Source: Klebsormidium nitens
Taxonomy: Eukaryota > Plantae > Klebsormidiophyceae
NCBI GenBank assembly: GCA_000708835.1
Contig: DF237250.1
Location: 44,448-108,447, forward strand
DNA: 64,000 nt
Reading direction: 5' to 3'
Below the pieces are notes generated by a model, which saw only the letters and a program-made list of their open reading frames with translations, made no database searches and was not told the origin of the DNA. Below, piece by piece: positions 1 through 12,609 of this stretch. Position numbers and translations under genes: made by a program. Position 1 is the stretch's first letter. Every line of letters begins with the position of its first letter.

Positions 1-190
1 CAGTCGAAACGGGTCCCTGTCCTGATCCTCTCTGCGGGCTTGGCGAATGTGTTCGAGGAGTTTCTCTTAACCAGAGCTGAGGGGATGTTTATGCATACGT
101 AAACCATGCATAAAGTCCCAGAACCTTAGCCTAACCAAACGGGTTCCCTTCCTGAATTCTTTGCGGGCCTGGCGGACGTTTTGGAGGAAT
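1..190 (+). repeat. Two degenerate intronic copies of the acceptor plus start of the following NT5C3 exon
   Basis: 1-60 (cagtcgaaacgggtccctgtcctgatcctctctgcgggcttggcgaatgtgttcgaggag) and ~135-190 match the real junction at 278-337. Confidence 0.85.
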
Positions 191-280
191 ACTTCTGAAG
201 AAGGGTTGAGTGAGTAATCATGCAAACGTGAAAAAGAAGTGAAGCCCCGTAAGAACATGCTGACTAACTTTTCTTTGCAG

Positions 281-1668
281 TCGAAACGGGTCCCCGTCCT
301 GATCTTCTCGGCGGGCCTGGCGGACGTGTTGGAGGAGGTCCTCCGGCAGAAGCTGCACCGCGCGTTCGGCAACATCCGGGTCGTGTCCAACCGCATGAAG
401 TTCGACGAAGAAGGCCGGCTACAGAGCTTTGTCGGTAAGCGGACCAGCAAAGGGTGCGAGTTTCCTTTCCAAGCAAGAGCACACGAGCTTGCACTACTAA
501 CAATAAAGCCTGAGGGTCGGGGCTCACGAGCTACGGGGTCAGCAAAGCATTCTTACTTCTGATCTGTTGTTATTGAAGTTGAGATGCTGCCATCTGTTTG
601 GGGGAGGTGTGTAGCCAGAGAAGCACGTGTTGCGTGCATGTTGCCACACATCTTTGGAACCGTCTACTCAGTGAGACTATGCTCTTTAGTTTGTCAGACC
701 TTCATAGGTGCACGTTCTCTTTCGCCTGGGGCTACCAACAAAGGCCCTTTGTACGCTCCTTTTAAGGCCACCTCCCTACTGTCCAACATCAGACGCAGTA
801 CAGGGTTGTGCTCTGCCTCTGTCACCCATACAGTCATATGAACATCAGACGACATCGAAAAGCAAGAAGAAGCCCTAATTTGGCGCCCCGTTTGCAGGCA
901 GTCTCATCCACTCACTCAATAAGAACGAGCACGCCATCGCGCTAGCGGGCCCGATGCACGACGAGCAGGGCCGCGTCCTCGACGATCTCGAGCACCGGGA
1001 GCCGTCCGATGGAAGCACCGAGCCCGCGATCGACGGCCTGGACGGCCGAAGCGTCGTGGCGGGCCGGAACAACGTTATCCTGTTGGGGGATCACCTGGGC
1101 GACCTGGGGATGTCGCGGGGGGTAGACGTGGACGAACAGATCAGCATCGCGTTTTTGTGAGTTGTTTCCCACTATTTTTTAGTGTCCTGTATTTTCGTTG
1201 TTTTTCCCGGTTATTTGTAAGCAATTGCATCCCTGTTCTCGCGTTACGACAAATAGTAGCCCTCTCGGGTTCCTCCTGTTTACGCCATGTTTCCGTTGCT
1301 GGAGGAAGATGATAGATGTAGAGAGTTCAGCACGTAGCGTACAGAGGTGTATCTTGTACGCATAATCGATTTGTGTCTTCTCCGAAGGCTTGTCGACTGA
1401 ATGCTTCTTTCGTTCTTTGAAGACCTTTGAAGTTGTCGTCTTCCTGCCCTGCCGCGCCTTTGCATTCGTTCTAGGGGACCAAGACTAGATTGACATTTCA
1501 AGTGAACGGCATCGCAAAAGAATCTTGACATTAGAAGGCAATCCGCTCCTCCGCAGGAATGACAAGGTGGAGGAGAATCTTGAAGTTTTTGCGAGCTCGT
1601 TCGACGTGGTCCTAATCGGCGACGGGTCGATGAAGGAGGTCATAACGATCGTTGAAGACATTCTTTAG
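281..1668 (+). CDS. NT5C3: Cytosolic/pyrimidine 5'-nucleotidase III (UMPH-1 family, HAD), 3' exons only; 5' part lies outside the window
   Basis: Exons 281-434 (SKRVPVLIFSAGLADVLEEVLRQK..VVSNRMKFDEEG), 898-1157 (LIHSLNKNEHA..RNNVILLGDHLGDLGMS), ~1557-1668 (NDKVEENLEVFASSFDVVLIGDGSM..IL*). GT-AG ends with consistent phases. Motifs are typical of the family. Confidence 0.9.
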
Positions 1669-2946
1669 TGTCCATTTTGACAACTTCTGTGGTTGCCTCC
1701 CCTCCATTGTTGCAAAGGCGATTCTTAATGCACTTGTAACATTTCCGTCAAGACATCCTACCAGAAGTTCGAAGCGAGATACGGCATGACTTTTCGCTCC
1801 ATTCGTGCGCCATTGCCGCAAAGGTTGACGATGCCCCTTGGGGTATGGATCGCAGTCTTCCTCGACTTGCCGCGCGCCTGCAATCGAGTCAACTTCAAGC
1901 TAGGCCAAATAAGAGACATGATTGAGTCGAGCCTCGAGCCTGCACCGTCGCCGCATATTTGTTTGCATCAGTGAGCGGTCATTGAACAACCATCAGGTTT
2001 AAGCACCTGAACAAACGAGAAATACATGCATGGTTGCTGCTTGCCCGTACCATCTCTATACATCCGCGTACTTATATACCGAGTTTGCCCGCGGGCCTTC
2101 CCGGATTGAGTCTATGGTCGGGATTCGCATACATGCGGCCGCCTCAGGGCCTGCATGGCCGGGCCCTTAAGATATGCGGACTCGAAGCCGCATGCAAAGG
2201 ATTGCATGCATGACATGACACTCAGTAGCTAGCTCTCGTCTGAACCTAGTAAGCGCGCGCTAGTGACGTACCGTCAAACATTGATGGGTCTCCCGCTCAC
2301 TGCAAGACTACATGGCGGCGCGGCCGTTTTACCGGAAATATATATTATGGCGAAGGGGCATGCATGAAATTCCACTTGCAAGGCGCCGGCTCTCCATACA
2401 TCCTTGGTTTTTTAGTATATCGCACTCCAGTCGGATGGACCTTTCTCGATCTGACGAGTACACAGAATGATTCAACCATCTGCCCTCCTTTATTGACCAG
2501 GTTCAATCATTTTAATTACTTCCATTACCGTCTTAAATCTACGGAACAATGTACTTCCATATATATTTGCAGCCAGATTCTCAGGATATCGCATGTGGCC
2601 ATCTCTGTTTACTGTATCGCCTACATCCGCCAGTCCCAATTTTCTATCTGTTATAATAATGCTGAGCTGAACAGCGGACAGCAATCAATTTGACCCTCCC
2701 AAGCTATAATCCAAATGTATGCCAAATCCAAACACAACTATATATACAATTTAGTCTGCTTCACAATCTGTTGACCATACGTATCTCCTCTAATCTGTCG
2801 TCACAAATTGCTCATATGAGAGCGGAAGTACTACGTATGCTGCCTATAAGGAAGTGCCCGGTTGACCAATTATGTTGAAACATAAAATAGTACATTGCAT
2901 ACAGCAAGGCTTCTTCATGCACAGCCCCCCGCAAATTGCCGCGTTC

Positions 2947-5900
2947 TCAGTGCTTGAGAAGGTTGAGCAGGTACAGGCTCCCGGCGCACATGAGCACGGA
3001 GCCGGCGGTCAGGAACAGGTCCGTCGAGTTTTGGGGGTGCACCTTTTTGGACTTCTCGAACATCCCCACGAGCAGGATCATCACGATGACGTGGCCCAGC
3101 TTGGTCTTGAGGTCGTCCAGGCCGTTGATCGCGAGCCACGTGGGACGTTCCTGATATTTTCAAGCATGGTTACTCAGGGTTACGAACCGACGCAGCTGAA
3201 GGCGGATCTTGACAACTGAGAGGTTCTCGTAAGCGGAACGTAATTTTGGAGGAGGAAAAGCGGGTCAGGGCATTTGGAGCAGAGACGTTCGAGAGAGCGG
3301 CGAGCAAATGCAGAGCGGGTGCGGGAAGATCCAGTTTGAGACTTGCTTTTGCTGTCAGTATATAGAGAAAAGGGAAGTGCCAGCAAAGTACGCCTCAAAA
3401 GCAAATTTGCAGCGCCCCCAGTGCTGCCTGAACGGCCAGAATGTCCTCGAAGACGACCGTAAGTTTCTGAACTGTCGTAATTTGACGAGCCTGGCACCTG
3501 TACATGTTCAGGCCTAGACACTGAATCAAATGCACCATATCCGACCTCAAAAAGGATCAAAGGAGACGGCACACATACCTCGAGTCGGAAGAGGCCGAAA
3601 AAGCTTGAGTTGTGGTGTTCGACTTCGCCCGGCCCTTCCAACTTCATCACAAAGAGCTCATACAACCTGGCATGCAAGAGGTTTTAGGGTTTTAGGGTTC
3701 TAGGGTTTTAGCGTTTGAGTGTACAGTTCAGAAGGCCAACTTCTCGAAGGGCAAGATCATCGAGCGCTACCGCTCTGAGGCAACTCCCTGTTGCTTTCCA
3801 GAGCTGCTTCTCACTATCGGGGAGCTGTCTCGAGCATGGCTTTGCTTCCGGATTACGCAACTTTCGGCGGGGTGGCACTGAGACGGAAGTCGCCCCAGGT
3901 GTTGCTGTTTCGCTTGTTCTGCCTGATTACTTCGGGCTGCGGCGCGTATGGAATGTGGACGCCGGAAAGCTGGGTTAAGATTCGAGGAGGTCTATCGTTC
4001 TCAAGATGGTCGAATGTCCACCTTCTCAAAAGCAGATTAGGAAGGGAAGAAGGTCAAGTTCGACAACGAAACAGGAATAACTTCCTAACAGAGAGTCGTA
4101 AGAGACCGAGTCAACGCTGGCGTTCTTTATGCTGACGGCTCACATCGGACAGATTTTCGACGGGAATATTTCCCTGGGCAAAGTATTTCTCGCAGACGGA
4201 CGCTTTTCATCATAGAGCTGGTTGACACTGGGATTTTGCCTGGACAAATGTTGCTCTACCGGCAGACTTCCAAGTCGTTTAGGCAAAGGTTTAGAGGACC
4301 TTTGTGACAACTCAATGTGACTGCCCAGGCAGAGTTTGGTTCGTTAGGCTGTCTTCAAAGAAACTCACCCCATCCCAAAGATGAGCATGACGGTGCCAAC
4401 AAGGTACGTATCTTCACAAGACCAAAAGCAGGGCGTCAATCGTTGTACATTGATACATCTCAAGCGTTGCTGACGTCTCTGACTTCCCAAGTCCGCGTAA
4501 TAGCCTGGCAGAAGCTTGCATCAAAGCATCGAAGTCTTTCCATAAAAACACGAGGTGAATGAATGACTCGATTGAACGCCCCATTGCCTGGTCCCAAGCA
4601 ATCAGAACAAGGACACGCCCAAAATGACAAGGATTCCTGAGACTCAACTGGAAGCAAGATCTAGGTTACAACGACTTGTATACCCGAGCATGCTTCTAGC
4701 TCAACTGTGGTGGCAGATTGTATGCAGGCTGCGCTGCTGTCATGGATCCTCATTTGAGAACTGCGAACGAACTTGACTTCAAGTAACCCCTACGAAGACC
4801 TCAACTTTGCATTACAGCGACCCCGGAGTGTGCATCAAACAGCCCCAGGCCTGTGAAGATGACATGGAGGTTCTTGTCTAGTCAGCTCACCAAGCGCTTC
4901 AATCAGCTTCATGACCACCTGGCCCTTGTCGTGAGCAATCATTATAAGGGCGATGTAACCTTGCAAAGCCCTGAACACATAGTAGCTCCCCTGCATCCAA
5001 AGAAACCGGATGTCTTCAGACAGCAGCTTCAGATCCTGGCTAGATTATGAAACAGAATATAGCCAGGGGCTGTTCCTCCTGAAGGTTTGCGTGCATTTTC
5101 AACAGGCCCTTTCTTTGAAAGCGGAAGGACACAGAGGGAGCGCACACCGACCAAACCGAACGGATCTCAGGACTGGACAAGTGCCCTTTCAGGAAATTGG
5201 AGACGCCACCCTCTATTCAGTTCCCTCAAGTAAGTTCAGGGTTAACTTACAACGTTCTAGTGACTCCATCCCTGAAACAAATGTTGGCAATGTTATAAGG
5301 GAGCGCTGCACAATTGGATTTAAAAGAAGAGAAGAGGACTTTCTGTACGGGCCAACTTTCACTTAAGGACTTACATCAAATGTCAAAATGAGCCAATGCT
5401 TTCTAGGTCATAGAAGACTTACTTTGAGGAAGCAGAGGAAGGAACCGAGGAGCGATCCGGCAACGCCAGCAAGTGTGAAGAATCGGCAGTTGAAGATCAT
5501 CTGCAAGTGTCATAAAAGGGCAGAAAGCTATCACATTGTGTGGGACAGAAGCATGAGATTATTGGAAAGGCCCATTGACATGTTGACATGTAACGATTCA
5601 ACCAGAACAAGTGGGGTAAATTTGATTGAGGTAAGTGGAGGTGGGAGCCAAAGAGAAAACAATTCCCGTATGTTCACTCACAGATCTCTGTACAGTTAGG
5701 CCAGGCAGGCAATGCAGGGAATTACACACGCTGTCAGTTTCAACAACGTTTTGGTAACTTCATCAAGCAGCTCTCAAGTCCTGATTAAGAGCAGGGGTCT
5801 AGGACAGTGGGAGCTGCTCTCTTCTTATTTAAAAGAATGCTCAGTAGTGGTCTCAATCTTTGACATTGTGCACTTTCCTAAGGCGACAGGCTAACCTTCC

Positions 5901-6409
5901 CCTTGCAATCTTGAATCATCCTTTACAATTGAAGAAGATGACTGCACGTCAACATGGTTAGCAACAACTGAGGCAATGCAACGCACCTGCTCAATCCACC
6001 GCTCTGTGGCCTTCTTCGCACGCACTGTGTTCTTTGCCTCCTCCCATTCATCCTGCGTCAGCTTCGTCTCTTCCTCCAAAACGACCAGGCCGCCAGGCTC
6101 CATGTGGACTCCATCCAGCACACTTGCCTGGATTGCACCAGTGCCCCCCCTCCCAATCCTTGAGCTGGACTTGGATTGCCAGGCTATGTTAGGTTGCTTG
6201 CCATAGAATGCTGTCTTGGTCAATGCATTCACAGGATTGGCAGCATTGTAAGAACGATGACTGGCTCTCTTGGTGGACTTGAACGTTGAGCGGAGTCCTG
6301 CGTTGCTTGGGACTGACGCCTGGGGGCGTCTCCATTCAGAACAGATGAGGCTTTGGAGAGGTGACTGCAATGCAGCAGCCTTTGGTGCTGCGAGGACGCG
6401 AATTGACAT
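2947..6409 (-). CDS. UPF0114 / YqhA-family membrane protein with probable plastid transit peptide
   Basis: Exons 6409-5987, 5500-5423 (MIFNCRFFTLAGVAGSLLGSFLCFLK), 4990-4891 (..GQVVMKLIEAL), 4411-4369 (DTYLVGTVMLIFGMG), ~3667-3579 (LYELF..SSFFGLFRLE), 3150-2947 (ERPTWLAINGLDDLKTKLGHVIVMILLVGMFEKSK..*). The LDDLKTKLGHVIVMILLV motif is characteristic of plant UPF0114 proteins. Confidence 0.85.
3682..3711 (+). repeat. Short interstitial telomere-like repeat (TTTTAGGG)2 TTCTAGGG TTTTAG inside an intron
   Basis: Read directly from the sequence; lies just upstream of a 3' splice site of the minus-strand UPF0114 gene. Confidence 0.7.
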
Positions 6410-7310
6410 CTTAGAAGGTTTCTGGACACTACACCAGCTGATCAGCAGAGCACTCTTTCAAGTTTCAGTTCAATGCTGTGCTCCGGATTTCAGGTGAGAT
6501 CACCCCTTGCGCAATTTCGACAGCCGGACAGGTAGTGCCAGGCAGATCTGCGAATATGCAGCTGCAGGATGGAAGGAAGCCCCGCTTTGGAAGGGAGCCC
6601 TGTGCCGCCAAAATCGAGCTACCTATGTGGAACAGCCAAGCTGAGCCCAGCTCCAGCTTCTGCTTGCACTGCAGCAGATCTCCGCAAAGTTGTGAGGTGA
6701 AGGCTGACGTCATTGCGTGCCATGTGGAGCACATGGCTTTGGGGGCCGTTCGATGAAGCGTTCGGAACCTCATCTAGGGCCCCTAGTAGGGGAGTGCGAG
6801 CGTTCGGACCTCGCCGGCAAGGCGCATTCACACCACAACTTGGAGAAGTTAGAACCAGCTTTAGCCATGCAGGGCAGCTGAGTCCTGACTGGGCGGATAT
6901 CTGCTGCAACGTTCTTCGGCTTCAAGTTCAATTGGGCGCCTGCCAGTCACTTTTCCATTTTGCTTGGACGCTGCTTACCTACAGGTACTTCCCCCAGCAA
7001 GTACTCTCTTCAGCTTTCAGGTTTTCAACAGTAGAGCGCGACGTTGGGCTTTGGAAACGCAGCATCTGGCAATGAGGACAGTTGACTTCAGTTTCATGCA
7101 TTCTAGTCGGTTGTGCAGAAAGAAGGTGTAGCGCATGCCTTCGTAGATTGCCAAAGCCCTGCCAAAGATTCAAATTGCACAACCAGCATTACCACCTGTT
7201 TTTGACTGAGAAAAGCAATTGTTTTCTGCCAGCTTTTCCGCTCACTTGACAAGAGTCCGCCGCTGAACCTTGCAGACTAGCCTTTGCATAAACAAGCCAC
7301 ATCATTGAAA

Positions 7311-10300
7311 ATGTCACCAGGGCGACAATTGGCACGCTTGGCGGTTGCACATGTAAGTTCAAAAGGGCTACGTCCCCTCTTTCTTCGGTGCGCCTAATTC
7401 GTGCACGTTACTTTTGAGTGTAAAGTTTCTGGTACAACCGACCTTGTTGAAAGATTCGCTGCTGCAGTTGGTGGTGGCAATCGATATCTACTACTTATTC
7501 GCTCCCCTTATTGTACGCTTGATTGAATTTGACCGCAGGAAGTGGTGGTCGAATCACTTTTTTGCTTGTGCACTTTGCACTCATCATGTCCTTCAAGCAC
7601 AGGTTACAACTTAGTAAGCTCCATGGTCCTTCCTGCAGGTCCGGAAGATCCATGCAGCAGCAGCAAAAGCAGGGCCGGCGCCTTCTGCGGCGAATTGGTT
7701 AGCCGGTAGGCCATTTCAAGCCATTTTGTTTGTGAATATGCTGGAGATTTCAGCAAGACAAGGTGCCCTTATTGCATCCCGTGTCCAAAGTTCCTTGTCA
7801 ACACATCAACCTGTCTGTTCAGTGGGGCAATGTGTTGGCACCACCGCTTCGTCAATTGGTCATGCAACTTTGAGCGGCAGCTCCCCCGGGTCCATTCCGG
7901 GTGACCTTGTGGTGCGCAAACGTCAGTGATCCCAAACTTGGTTGCGAGGAAGTCAAGCTGCGGAGACATGCCAATCAAGAAAGACAGCGGGGCTGTGACA
8001 TACCAAATGCAACAAGGCACAGAACTGAAACAGTACCTGTAGGTTAGTATTTGTTAGTTTAAATAGGTAGTAGTCATCTCCAGGACGACCCAAGTACATA
8101 GTTAGATATGCTGACCAATGTCTTCAGGGAGTGTCTTGCCTACCAGATATCTGCACCAACCAGATTCTATCCTTTTTCAGGTGGGGCAGCACTTAGTGCC
8201 GCAGAATGCCAAGTGGCAGCGTCTCAATGGCCTGCCCAGGGGATCTTCCTGCCACAGTTCTTGCGAAGCACCGTCGCAATGGGCTCTTCCAGGATGGACG
8301 TTGTCCCCATTCACTGGACCCTTGTACAGAGGAGCTTCACTTCGAGCGCAGCACGAATGGCGACTGCAGAGTCCAATAAAGCATCGGAGGTGGGTAGATA
8401 TACCTCTTAACATATCCAAGATACGATATCAGTGTCGGCTTACATTCAAATGTGAGGCGCAGTGGTTGGTCGACCTACAGCGAGGCTGGAAAGCTTGCGC
8501 AGAGAGAGTCTGATGCCGAAGTCGAAGATTCTCACTGTGCTTCCACAAAACTAGTTCATACTCCAAGAAGTTCGCCCAAGTCAGGAGAGAAGGCCCAAGC
8601 TTTTGCGTTTTGTCTGCATCGTGGAGAAGATGTTCTCCTCAGAGGGACTTCTGGAATAGCAAGCCTTGCTGCAATGCCTGCTGCCAATCTATCGACCTTC
8701 CAGGCTTCTCATGGTGCTGGACGGCGAAGCTTCATGTTGCTTTTCCGTGATCCCTGAAAGGGGTCGGTCTCAAAAATGGCATCAGTAGCTGGGTGTAGCG
8801 AAACCCCTCCGGGCTTGACTGTTCAAATCCTTTTTTAAGATCAGGGCGCTTTCTACCGCAGGAAGCGGCGCGACGAGACAGCGAGTTGCAGCAGGCGGAG
8901 GATCCGTTCGACACCATCACCGACCGGATTCCGGAGAAGCCCGTCTCGGTGGCGGAGGGGGCGTCGTACACAGTAGTCATTGTCGCGTTCTTGGGGCTCG
9001 CGGCGGCCGCCATGTTCTATGTCGCTAAGGAGCTGCTGATCGAGCCGAAAGAGTGAGCGTTCTTCTGAGATTCGTGGTATTCTTGTGCTACAATGTTCGT
9101 TCGGGACCGCAAAACAACATGGGGTCAGAGCGTTCCTGGGGCTTGCGGCAGCCGTCATGTTCTACGTTGCAAAGGAGCTGCTGATTTAACCAAAAGAGTG
9201 AGCGGTCTTCTAAGAATTCTGCCCTTTGCGTGCAACAATCTCCGTTTGGGGAGCGCCAAAATAGTTGAGCTGCGTTTCTGATCTGTTAGACATCCGCAGA
9301 GATAGAAGTGGAGGAAAGAATGAATGGACGTGCTTATAGCTAAGTTTCATCTTCTGCAGACAATGCCTTAGCGTAGCTTAATTCTGTCAAGGGGGTAGTC
9401 ATCATTACCTGAGCACTTGCAGCGGTATGAGTGGTCGACATGGGTAAAAATTCCGAATTCTCCCTCCCAGACGCTGTCAAACTCCGCCTCCAGGATGGAA
9501 TTGGGGAGTTCGCGGGTTTGAATCGACACCATCACAGCGAATGTCGTCCGGGAATCGCTAGAAAAGAATTGCATTTTTTCCTCGGTGTTCGTTGGGATTT
9601 CTTGAAGCACGCTTTCGGGGAAATAAATTCGTACAATTCGCTTCTCTCTCCACTTTGAAAGGTGGCACTGGCTTTGTTATCATGGGGCGTCCCTGACGCA
9701 CCCCACCGTTCGCGCAGGTACAAGGTGTTCAACAAGGCCCTAGACCGAGTTAAAAACGACAGTCAAGTAAGAACCGTTCTCGATCTTCTTCCTGCTTGTT
9801 GTGTTCGTTACCAATTCAGTTTGTCCTCATTGTGGTCGTTCGACGTCAAGTCGAGCCCGCAGTGAGGTCCTGCCTGTACCCTCCGCTTCCCTCCGTCCAG
9901 TCACGGCGATCAGAGGAACGGCTATCTTACGGACAGAGGTGCTGGCCAATGCTCTGGCTTCCTGCGATGACGTTGCTTCGTCTGGATCAGCTGTGTACGA
10001 TTCACTCCTTGTCCTTTTCAACGGGGTTGCCACGTCGGTGTACACCGACGGGCATGCAATCTCCCGAGGAGGATCTTGCCCGGAATCTTCTACAGACGAT
10101 TTATTATAATAAGTTTACTGCATTGGACTTTGTGTTCCCGGAAGCAATCCAACAACATCTGACCGATTTGTTTCACTTCCAGGTCGCGGTGCGAATAGGA
10201 CGGCCGATCACGGGGTACGGTTCGGAGAGCCGAAACCGTGCTGCGCGGCAACGGATCCGGCACAATATCACGAAGGATGAGGACGGAACGGAACGCGTGC

Positions 10301-11049
10301 AGGTGAGGTAGTACATTTTTGTCTCTTCCCTCTTCCACGCCTTCACCCTTCACTGCGTCCATTTTTTCTACCGCAATCACAGCTCTCATGAGCGGAGTCG
10401 CTTACTTCCTGTTTCTTCAGCGCGATGCTCTACTTTTCTTTACCGTTACGAATTAAGTAGGAGCCAAGGCGTATGTCTGTGAGTTGAAGGTAGATCGCGA
10501 GCCGTTATCGTTCTTCATGTGCAGCATACTTGCAATTGGAGAATGTGCAGCTTCGATCAATGTCATTCAGGTCTCTCAACAAAGCCGCTAAATAAGGCTT
10601 GCCAGCCGAGAGGGATGCAGTTTGTCTAGCAAGGTCTTGCAAGTCGGACCCGAGCATGGGTCCTGCTTTGCCGGCCCTTGCGCTGGCGTCTCCATGTTTC
10701 AGAGGCATGACTTTGATTGTTACACATGGTTAAGCCTCTCGTTGGGACCGCCCCGCACCAGGCTTCCCGCCTTCATCAATCAGCGCCTGTTGTCAAAAAC
10801 CCGGCTCTTAAGCAGCACTTAAAAGAGACATAGTCGGCCGACTGACATCCCTGCCTCGTTCCCTTCTCGCAGGTGCAATTTTTCCTTCGGGGGCCGAACG
10901 GGACGGGCATGGTGACCTCGGAAATGTTCAAAGATCAAGAGACGCGGGACTGGCAGTTCACGTATCTCATAGTCGACATCACTTCGCCAGTTCCGTCTCG
11001 CTTGATGCTCGAGTCCTACCTCGGTGGGCCTGCTGGTGCCGGCGGCTGA
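7311..11049 (+). CDS. TIM21: Mitochondrial import inner membrane translocase subunit TIM21 (plant SD3-like)
   Basis: Phase-consistent exons 7311-7352, 7639-~7705, 7754-7900, 8181-8389, 8862-9052 (DPFDTITDRIPEKPVSVAEGASYTVVIVAFLGLAAAAMFYVAKELLIEPKE), 9718-9766 (YKVFNKALDRVKNDSQ), 10183-10302 (IGRPITGYGSESRNRAARQRI), 10873-11049 (FFLRGPNGTGMVTSEMFKD..WQFTYLIVD..*). The N-terminus resembles a presequence; the first exons are less certain. Confidence 0.85.
9137..9213 (+). repeat. Degenerate intronic copy of the TIM21 exon 3' end plus donor
   Basis: ctggggcttgcggcagccgtcatgttctacgttgcaaaggagctgctgatttaaccaaaagagtgagcgg matches 8990-9068 and has an in-frame TAA. Confidence 0.85.
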
Positions 11050-12609
11050 TTGGCTCACTGAATCTGGTGCATCGCTTTGGGGCCTCGATACTTCGAGATG
11101 TTGCAAATACACAGATTTCCCTGACACGAGATCAATCCTGTGGGCATGGCTTACATTGGGCGTTGCATTTCGAAGCTCCAGAAATGCTCATTCTGATCAG
11201 TGAGTCCGAGTATTTTTGAGAAGGACCAAATGCAATGCAAGTTCAGCGAAAGTGGGCCTGCAAGAACGTCCATTTCCTGGAGTCGACATGCGTGTCCTAC
11301 GCCCACTTTAAAACCGGGCGTCCAAAGGCTATGTTCCGGGTCGAGTCATGCATGCTGATGTCAACTAATTGTTACTTTCAACGGTTAGGGCCGCATGCCA
11401 CCACATTTTACTGCACGTCGATCCGTCCCCGCTCTACAACCCAAGCGTGCTGCAAGTAGCAACCACCGGCCTGCAAAGTGGTTTGGCCGAGTGAATTCAA
11501 GAATTCTAGCTGCCACCACAATTCCGGATCATTCGGAAACGGATAATTTTCCCGTAGCATCCGCATGCACCAAGTGCCAGTTTCTCAACAAGAATAACTT
11601 CTTGTTCTGCCAGTGACATGCTAGCTAATTCGAGTTAAGCATGAATGTGATATTGCATGGGTGACACCTACCTTAGCCTCTATGGCCCCTGGCCCGGTGC
11701 CCGTCCGATCATAGGCGGGACTCCAGACTTGCTGGGTCATTGTATGTCAGCCTCTGCCTACGGCTCCCAATTATTTGAGTAGATTGCTACCGCTAGCGGT
11801 TACGGCTCTTGCAGATCGCCGTCGGAGCTTGCCAACCGCAGTGTGTGATGTATGATCTAAACCACATGCCTAGCTTGCGAGCCATGCAACGACGGCGACG
11901 CTCCACGTGTCAGATCTCGAGTCCGCCGGCCAGTGTTCATTCTATTCTTCTCAGCACGCACCTACAGAGATGCAATTGTCAGTAGAGCATCGACCTTTGT
12001 AAGAAATGGTCGCATATGCACATCTCCAGCCTCTTGACATGGATCGATCGCTCATGATGACGACATCAAAGTCCTCGTGAAAGATCTGCCTGCTCACTTG
12101 AATAAACCTCAGCGGCCGTATAGGCTGTATTTCAACTAGACGAGGTTTTCAAGGTCACGTCTTTGGCTTAGTAACAAACGGCCATGAACACTTAATCTGA
12201 AGAGCAACGTATTGTAGTAGTCATACTATGTCTATGAACCAATAATTCCCTGCTTTCCCACCTCGAAACTTCCGTCTACACAAAGTGGGACCGACAGAGT
12301 CGCATCCAGCGCAGCTGGACCAGTTGGTGCGTTCGTGCGTCTGTTAAGTCCTTCCTGCTCGGGAATACGAGGCCCTTGAATCATCCCTTACGAGCTTAAA
12401 CGGACTAGCCCATCAGCAGCCATGCCTTACCTTCTTGTGCATACAAGGCTCTTAGCTGATGCTAGGGTAATCCTCTCCTGCGCTCTTTTATCAAACACGT
12501 CCTGTCGGCCATTTGTTATCCAAAGGAGAGTTCCCTACAGACATCTCGTAAGCTAGCCGCCTGCGCTTCCCCTTCCCTGATCATAAAGAAGCGGAGCAAG
12601 CCTGCAGCC

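Noticed and set aside
2040-2350. Possible MITE or ncRNA between convergent genes
   Set aside because: GC-rich with short palindromes, but no clear TIR/TSD or known RNA fold found by eye.
2872-3219. 115-aa plus-strand ORF
   Set aside because: Antisense to the last UPF0114 exon.
3682-3711. True telomere or healed chromosome end
   Set aside because: Only about four units, lying inside an intron of an intact gene.
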